Assembly (NCBI GenBank): GCA_030018135.1
Contig: JASEGJ010000008.1
Location: 1 to 45,750 of the forward strand
Direction of reading: 5' to 3'
DNA length: 45,750 bases
Source of the DNA: Candidatus Hodarchaeaceae archaeon
GTDB lineage: Archaea > Hadarchaeota > Hadarchaeia > Hadarchaeales > Hadarchaeaceae
The translations under genes were made by a program, and so were the position numbers. Of this stretch, positions 39,912 to 45,750 are shown piece by piece; within the stretch, counting starts at the first letter, position 1; every line of letters starts with the position of its first letter. The notes under the pieces are model-generated. The model searched no databases. It had not been told where the DNA came from and saw only the letters and a program-made list of their open reading frames with translations.

Positions 39912-40496
39912 CTTTTCCCCAACCTTCCGACGATGAATTCCCCACGAGCTACAATTTCCTTCACCGCTGGAGTTTCCCGCCTCTCCTCGAACTCTTTAGG
40001 CGTTAAGATATATTCAGAAATCACGTTGCCAAATCTCCCCATCACCTCCTTCTCCAGTCTCTTTTTCGCGCCTTCTTTGTCCCTGGTGAGGATGAAAACA
40101 TCGATGTCAGAGGTGGGCTCCTCCTCCCCCTTCGCGATGCTCCCGAAGATAGCTAGCGAGATTACTCCCCCGTCCGATCGGAAAGCTTCCTTCAGCAGGC
40201 GTTTCAACTCCAGCTTGGCCCCTTCTTCGGCTTGGAAGAGCGATCCGAGTTGCTCCACGATGTAATGCCCGGAATTTAGGGTGTGGATATTGGCCTTTCC
40301 CACCGTCCTCACATTGACCACGCCGTAATTGACATATTTCGGCATCGCCCTATTGACTGTTTTCTGTCCGACTTCGGATACCATCGCCAGTTCGTTCTCG
40401 TTGAACTCCTTGGTTGGATACTTAAGCAGGGTACGCAGGATTTTAATGTCAGATTTTTTGCCCCATGACTTCCTCGAGGTAATTAGTAAAACGCAT
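39908..40496 (-). pseudogene. wHTH plus minimal nucleotidyltransferase (MNT) antitoxin, frameshifted near its 5' end
   Basis: IFGSIAKGEEEPTSDIDVFI motif. ATG 40496 after a GGTGA SD gives MRFTNYLEEVMG, which must shift frame near 40460 to join KKSDIKILR. Confidence 0.78.
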
Positions 40497-40505
40497 TTTC
40501 TCACC

Positions 40506-40519
40506 AGTCATTTTTGACT
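40506..40519. promoter_or_regulatory. Palindrome upstream of MNT-HEPN (possible autoregulatory operator)
   Basis: AGTCA-TTTT-TGACT directly upstream of the SD. Confidence 0.4.
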
Positions 40520-40554
40520 AATAAGCTTTGCTGTGAACTATGAAAATATTTTTG

Positions 40555-40602
40555 GAAAAGAAAACAAATAAAAAGCAAGGGGAAATATTGCGTTTTTCCC
40601 CT
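40555..40602 (-). terminator. Terminator of the large surface-protein gene
   Basis: AGGGGAAA-N9-TTTCCCCT hairpin at the stop codon, followed by long T-tracts on the minus strand. Confidence 0.7.
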
Positions 40603-43433
40603 CACTTCTTTCGGAAGATTGCGATCGCAGCCAAGATCAGCGCAACTATCACGAGGATAATTGCGTAGGTGCCCCACGCCGTCACGGTGCGAGTTACCTC
40701 GATGCTCTTCGGCGCCGAGACGTTGCCGACATCGTCCTCGGCGGTCACTATGATGGTGTTGGTGCCCTCCACCAAGGCTATTGAGAGGCTGAAGTTGCCA
40801 TCCGCATCCGTCTTGCCGGTCCAACTTCCGGCCGGCGCTACGACCGTCCACTTCGCCTCCTCGCTGACCTTGCATACTATGGCTATCGATGCCTGGTCCG
40901 TGATGGTCTTGTCAGCTGGCGAGATGATGCTGATCGTCGGCACCGTGCTGTCGACCGTCACCGTGCCGTAGAGCCGCTTTGGACCCTCGTTGCCGGCCCT
41001 GTCCGTCGCTGACACCTCGATCCTGCTCGTGCCCTCGGGGAGCGTTACCTTGAGGCTGAAGTTCCCCAGCTCGTCGGCAGTTGTCTCCTCCGTCCTCACG
41101 ACCGTGGTGTTCTGCATCACGTAGATCTTTATCTTGGCCCTCGCCTCAGCGGTGCCCGCGACTGTCACGCTCGCCACCTTCGTCCGCTCGGGTATAGCCA
41201 CCGCTGGCGCGCTCGGCAGGGCTGGTGGTGTGGTGTCTACCTCGAACCTGAAGTTCTCCACCGTCAGCGCGTTGAGGTTGTCGCCAGCTGAAACGTTGAT
41301 CCTGTACCAGTTGTCCGCCAGCGCGGCGGGGGTGTTCTCGAATATGCCGGTGGCGACATCCCAGACGTTGGAGTTCTCGAGCGGCGCTACGACGCTGCCG
41401 TTGTCGTACAGGATTTTTATGGTCACGTTGTCGGGGAAATTGACGCCCAGTCCCTTGTTCTCGGCGTAGCCTGGGTCGAGCATCTTGACGACGATCTTCG
41501 GCTTGTTGTCGTTGACCGCCATGTTCTCCACGAACGCCTTGCCTGCTATGGAGACCACCTCCACGGTCGGGGACTTGGTGTCGAGGAAAATCCTGTTCTC
41601 GACCGCCTCGCCCACCCAGCCGACGAAGTCCTCCACCCAGACCTTGACCGTGTTGTTGCCCTCGCTCAGCGTTATGGGTATGCTGAAGGTGTAGTAGGGC
41701 GAAACGCCCTTTCCGACGGTCTTCCTGACGGGGATACCGTTGACCTCGACGACGGCCGTGAGCGTGTCAGGGGTGTATGCGTTGTCGTTGTCCTCGCACC
41801 TCCCGGTGACGAGCCAGGATGCTTGGTTATCCTTCTCGGGCAGGTTGGCGAGCCCAGAGAACAACAGGTCCTGCGGCTTCAACGGCGGCGTGTTGTCGAC
41901 GTAGAATCTGCTGCCGGAGCCAGCGGTGGTCCACCTGGTCAAAGGACCTGTGTTGCCAGCCCTGTCCACGAGCGTGTTCTCCACCACCACGATGTTCGTC
42001 ACCTTGCGCTCCCATTCCGGCTTGACGACGAAGCTTCCGAGCCAGTCCAGGTTGTCCGTCGTCGTCATCGTGAGGTACTCGACTATGTTGTCGGTGCTGA
42101 CGACTGTTATGGCGACGCTGTTCTCCGACATTCCGCTAACTACCTCATACCAGCTCGTCGAGACCTTGACGCGTACCGTGGTGCCCGCCTTGAGCTTTGG
42201 ATAATAATACACATCGTTGGAGTAAATGCGAAAGATCGTCGGCCACTTGTAGTCTACTATGGTGTCGTAGCTCTTGTCCGCTCTGGCGCCCGTGGTATCC
42301 CAAGTGCTGACCGCCCATGTGACGGTCACGTAGTCGTCGGGCTTTACTGGACCGCCAGGCGTTCCGAAGTGCCCCACGTCCACCGCGTAGGGGAAGATCA
42401 GGCTGGCGCCCGAAGCTATCATCCGCGCGGTGTTGTCGGTCGACCAGGTGTCGGTGCCATCGAACGTCCACCCGACCGGCTGGTCCTCCGCCGCGGCGGG
42501 CGTCACCAGCTCCATCCGCTTGCCGCTCGCCCTCTTCACGTCGGTGTTCTCGGGCAGCGTCACGGACGCAACAGTTAGGAGCTTAACCTTCGTCCCGCTC
42601 GGGATTATCACGAGGTTGTCATTTTCGGTCCCTGGATCGACGGTGCTGATCAACTGCACGGTCACGCCCGCCCCGAGGGTAGCCTCGACTGCCCCTCCCC
42701 TGAGCACTGGCACACTTGCGACCGTCCTCACCACGTTGTCCGCCAGCTTCACCCTCCTGTCGTTCTTCAGCGTGATGTTGTCGCCCGCTGCTAGGTCGTT
42801 CTCGGTGATGCGGTCGCTGGTGACTTCCAGCAGGGTGTCCTCGGGCAGCTTCACCACGTTGCCACCCACCCGGACGACTAGGGTATCCTGGAGCAGCCTC
42901 AAGGTGTTCTCAGCGGTCAAAGTCACCGTAGTGTCCTTGGCCGGCGCAACGTTGTCGCCGACCGGGATGCCGTCCCTGGTGTTAACGGGCGCCGTCACCT
43001 CCACCAGAGCGTTGTCCCTCAACAGCGCGTTCTCGCCGAGCGCCGGGACCCAAACCCAGGTGTTGTTCTCCCTGATGACATCGGTGTTCTCGTAAAGCGT
43101 CACGTTCTCCGCGGTCGCGAGCTTCACAATGGTGCCCGCAGGCAGGATGACATCGTTGTCGTCGACGCAATTCAAGAGGTTGTCCTTGGGCACCTTCGCC
43201 ACCGACGCCAGCCCGCTGAAGCCGCTCGGCAAGGTTATCTTGACCTTGTTTATTGAGTCGCCCGAGGTGTTCGTCACCTTGAGCGTGTAGACCTTCGAGA
43301 TGTCCTGCTTGACGAACTTAGGCGTGATTTCGACGCTGGGTACATGAGTAGCGACAGCGGTCGTCGATATCGAAAGTATGGTAGTGATCATCAACATAGC
43401 TACGATCGCTGGTAGCAATTTCCTACTTTCCAT
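40602..43433 (-). CDS. Large secreted Ig-like-domain surface (S-layer-like) glycoprotein
   Basis: Signal peptide; V/T/D/N-rich; VDNTPP, DTKSP, VDTTPP and EGTNTI Ig-like (Big-type) units; many N-x-S/T sequons; C-terminal TM plus RKK. Confidence 0.85.
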   Translation of the reverse strand: MESRKLLPAIVAMLMITTILSISTTAVATHVPSVEITPKFVKQDISKVYTLKVTNTSGDSINKVKITLPSGFSGLASVAKVPKDNLLNCVDDNDVILPAGTIVKLATAENVTLYENTDVIRENNTWVWVPALGENALLRDNALVEVTAPVNTRDGIPVGDNVAPAKDTTVTLTAENTLRLLQDTLVVRVGGNVVKLPEDTLLEVTSDRITENDLAAGDNITLKNDRRVKLADNVVRTVASVPVLRGGAVEATLGAGVTVQLISTVDPGTENDNLVIIPSGTKVKLLTVASVTLPENTDVKRASGKRMELVTPAAAEDQPVGWTFDGTDTWSTDNTARMIASGASLIFPYAVDVGHFGTPGGPVKPDDYVTVTWAVSTWDTTGARADKSYDTIVDYKWPTIFRIYSNDVYYYPKLKAGTTVRVKVSTSWYEVVSGMSENSVAITVVSTDNIVEYLTMTTTDNLDWLGSFVVKPEWERKVTNIVVVENTLVDRAGNTGPLTRWTTAGSGSRFYVDNTPPLKPQDLLFSGLANLPEKDNQASWLVTGRCEDNDNAYTPDTLTAVVEVNGIPVRKTVGKGVSPYYTFSIPITLSEGNNTVKVWVEDFVGWVGEAVENRIFLDTKSPTVEVVSIAGKAFVENMAVNDNKPKIVVKMLDPGYAENKGLGVNFPDNVTIKILYDNGSVVAPLENSNVWDVATGIFENTPAALADNWYRINVSAGDNLNALTVENFRFEVDTTPPALPSAPAVAIPERTKVASVTVAGTAEARAKIKIYVMQNTTVVRTEETTADELGNFSLKVTLPEGTSRIEVSATDRAGNEGPKRLYGTVTVDSTVPTISIISPADKTITDQASIAIVCKVSEEAKWTVVAPAGSWTGKTDADGNFSLSIALVEGTNTIIVTAEDDVGNVSAPKSIEVTRTVTAWGTYAIILVIVALILAAIAIFRKK

Positions 43434-43554
43434 TTATTCACCTCATTCATTGCAGGGTAAAATAGGACCCCCGCCCTATTTAAGCGTTGCGACCTTAAAA
43501 AGGGGCGATGTCCAAAAAAGGGCTTTAAAAGCTGAATTTTGCGAAAAAAGACCG

Positions 43555-43790
43555 TTAAACGCTGATAATGCCATCGACAAAGCCGTGCAAGTGTCGAACG
43601 AATCGACAGGTTCGAGCATGCACATGGAGCGCGCTCTGGGGGTTTAGTTGATCGCGTCGTCGAAGTCCGTGCCCCTTTCCTTCCGCCAGCCTCGCCGCCC
43701 CCTCGATCGGCCCTCCGTCGGTCAGCGGGAGGCAGGTGACGTTCGGGGCCCGTACGCCCAAAATTGCCCTCATTAGCCGGGCCTTCGATA
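43555..43790 (-). pseudogene. Degenerate PIN/VapC toxin remnant
   Basis: Across frame shifts it reads IEGAARLAE..TDFDDAIN ... DSFD ... FVDGIISV*, like the C-terminal half of a PIN domain. Confidence 0.45.
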
Positions 43791-43982
43791 GGTTCTCCCT
43801 TTTTTTTCGAGGATAAAACAGAAGGCGTCGGCGTCAGCACCGTGGCGATGGCCCTTAACGATAGTGCCCTAATCCTTTCCGTGAGCTTTTTGAAGTTTCT
43901 AAATTTTCTTATGCATTAGGTAAGATTTTTGCACAAAGTTCCATTTTTACTGCCCTGGGCCGAGCACTCGCCTCGGCCGAAG

Positions 43983-44717
43983 CTATAGAGCGAAGGCGAA
44001 GGTTCTCCTCAGCGTGGCCTTGAGCTCCTCCCCATCGATTTTGATCTCGGAGGGAATTAGGTAGCCTATCCGATCCACGTCCGTCCCCTCCAACCACCCC
44101 CGAAGCCTGCCCCCCTCGAACTTCACGCCCAGGTTCCTCAGCTTCTTGAAGAAGAGTCCCCTTACGTTCGCTAGGTGAAAGTTTCTAGCCAGCTGATAGA
44201 GGTCGAAAAAGTCCCTGGGGTCCCCCCTCATGTACGCAGCCCTGAGCTTCTCCGCCACTATTTCCTTCACGTGCATGGTCGGGAAGCCGAACCGCGATAT
44301 GTCCGGGTACGGGTGGATTACCGGCATGACTTTTCTGGGCAGGAGCAGGCGTTCGCGGGAGCTTATCTCCACGAGGACGGAACTCGGGTGGTTCAACGGC
44401 CCCCTGTACTGAACGCTCGCCGAGAAGCTTTTTTTCCCTTTTACCACGCTTTTTAACTCGAACCCGATCCCCTCGCCCGCCCTTCGCAGGAGCTTCTCAA
44501 AATCCTGCTTCCTCATAGCCGTGAAATCCAAATCTTCGGAAAACCTCGAGGTCGCCAAGTAAACCTTCTTTATCGCCGTCCCTCCCTTGAACGTCAGGTT
44601 TTTCGTCAGGGATGAAAGGTTGTGCAAAAATGAGGTCAACATGTAATCTTTCTCGACCACCCCCATGGGGATGCCGAACCTCATCGCGAGCTTGTGCAAT
44701 TCCTCAGCCGTTAGCAT
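43983..44717 (-). CDS. abiEii: AbiEii/AbiGii nucleotidyltransferase toxin (type IV TA)
   Basis: VEKDY, FKGGTAI, RFSEDLDF, EIVAEKLRA, RDFFDL. Confidence 0.93.
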   Translation of the reverse strand: MLTAEELHKLAMRFGIPMGVVEKDYMLTSFLHNLSSLTKNLTFKGGTAIKKVYLATSRFSEDLDFTAMRKQDFEKLLRRAGEGIGFELKSVVKGKKSFSASVQYRGPLNHPSSVLVEISSRERLLLPRKVMPVIHPYPDISRFGFPTMHVKEIVAEKLRAAYMRGDPRDFFDLYQLARNFHLANVRGLFFKKLRNLGVKFEGGRLRGWLEGTDVDRIGYLIPSEIKIDGEELKATLRRTFAFAL

Positions 44718-44721
44718 GCGC

Positions 44722-45474
44722 CTACCCGTTCAAAATTATCCTCCACTTGGCCACGGTATCCCCGATTTTTTTCCCCGTCGGGTCAAAGGGGGTGAAATAG
44801 CTGACCTCGCGACTCCTATCTAACATCCGACGCTCCAACCCCTTCGGGATCTTTATTTTCGAAAGGTCCAAAAGCACGCCCACCCTTCGGATCAGCACCC
44901 TGGAGCCCATCCTTAGCGCGTAGCTTACGAGCTTTTCAACGTCGATCGCACCGCGCGCCTTTTGGAAGTAACCCCTTGCATTTCTCATCCCCAAACTATA
45001 CTGCGGTTTATCAACCGCATCCAAGAGGGTTTTCTCGAGGTCCGATATCATCACCTTCCTGCCAAATAGCTCGTGCCGGGCGATCCCAAAGAACTTTCGC
45101 TCGGTTATGTGCACGAACTGAAAGGAGTGCCCCATAACGGAAAAATTTCTTGTCTTAAACGGCGTGACCACGAAAACCGCCGTGGGAACCTGATCCGTCA
45201 GCCCGTGAAAGTTTAGGGCTGTGAGGTAACCGACATAATAACTGTCGATGAGTTCCGGCAGTATTAGGAAGGGGTGCTCAGGGGGAAGCATGTAGGTGCC
45301 CTTCCTGATCCTCGTCAGCCACCCCTTCTTGACAAGCCTATGTAACATCACGTGAGCCTGCTCGATCCTGCACCCGAGCTCAAACACCACATCCTCCGGC
45401 CGCACCAGCACCCGCTTGGAGCCCTTCCAGCTCGAGATCAGCCTCATTTCTTGATCGCTTAACCCCCTTTGCAT
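44722..45474 (-). CDS. abiEi: AbiEi antitoxin (wHTH plus C-terminal domain)
   Basis: LHRLVKKGWLTRIRKGTY, YVGYLTALNFHGLTDQVP, SDLEKTLLD; ATG 45474 after GGAGA. Confidence 0.92.
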   Translation of the reverse strand: MQRGLSDQEMRLISSWKGSKRVLVRPEDVVFELGCRIEQAHVMLHRLVKKGWLTRIRKGTYMLPPEHPFLILPELIDSYYVGYLTALNFHGLTDQVPTAVFVVTPFKTRNFSVMGHSFQFVHITERKFFGIARHELFGRKVMISDLEKTLLDAVDKPQYSLGMRNARGYFQKARGAIDVEKLVSYALRMGSRVLIRRVGVLLDLSKIKIPKGLERRMLDRSREVSYFTPFDPTGKKIGDTVAKWRIILNG

Positions 45475-45488
45475 ATTTATGTCTCCAT

Positions 45489-45509
45489 ATCTTAACAATT
45501 TGTTTAGAT
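45489..45509. promoter_or_regulatory. Inverted repeat upstream of abiEi (probable autoregulatory operator)
   Basis: ATCTTAACAA-T-TTGTTTAGAT imperfect palindrome just upstream of the SD; AbiEi proteins are known to bind promoter inverted repeats. Confidence 0.55.
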
Positions 45510-45750
45510 TTTTATCCTAGAATATTTAAGGGTTCGCATTCCCTTTTTGCAAACTATGGGGAGATTGAAGGTCCCGAGTAAAGCCCTCATGGAGGTGGCA
45601 ATTGGGGGGTTTGGCCCGTTAGAAAAATAAATGCGTTCGCGATCTGTGGAGGGGATTGGGAGGCATTTATTGGAGTTAAAAAAAATACGCTCTTCTGCAG
45701 TTGGTAGTTGATACATTTTAAATAGCCTTATAATTCCTTATAATTGCTTC

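Noticed and set aside
43592-43608. TGTCGA-N5-TCGACA as another member of the TGTC..GACA family
   Set aside because: It is 17 bp, single copy and inside the PIN remnant; probably chance.
45504-45716. 70-aa minus-strand ORF upstream of abiEi
   Set aside because: No motifs; it overlaps the likely abiE promoter/operator region.

Overview
This is an archaeal chromosome segment. Euryarchaeote-type gene order, GGTGA/GGAGG ribosome-binding sites and DN/EN-rich Ig-like surface proteins suggest a Hadarchaeota-like lineage (inference only). Bases ~1.1-26.3 kb are mostly conserved informational and housekeeping genes: eIF5B, rps6e, eIF2-gamma, PIN, membrane H+-PPase, rpoE1, spt4, DUF359, rps24e, rps27ae, KEOPS kae1/bud32/pcc-family, rdgB, rps15, RecJ/GAN-like DHH, Clp1-like kinase, serS, rps3ae, glmM, glmU-like, ychF, rpl15e, DUF54 and pop5. 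Bases ~26.3-43.4 kb are a minus-strand accessory block: a Dpp/Opp ABC transporter, four different membrane-anchored phosphoester hydrolases and two large surface proteins. Toxin-antitoxin modules lie at the right end (intact AbiE pair, decayed MNT-HEPN and PIN). Main unexplained signals: (i) a cluster of about seven 16-bp palindromes TGTCTTA-NN-TAAGACA at 8377-8640; (ii) an orphan Cas2-like gene bracketed by a related palindrome, TGTCACA-NN-TGTGACA; (iii) a decayed Cas1/casposase-like C-terminus at the edge of a low-GC island (866-1063); (iv) a structured, attenuator-like spacer upstream of dppA; (v) a membrane PPase at the position usually held by soluble ppa; (vi) an Sm-like gene coupled to a Clp1 kinase. 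No rRNA, tRNA or CRISPR array was seen.
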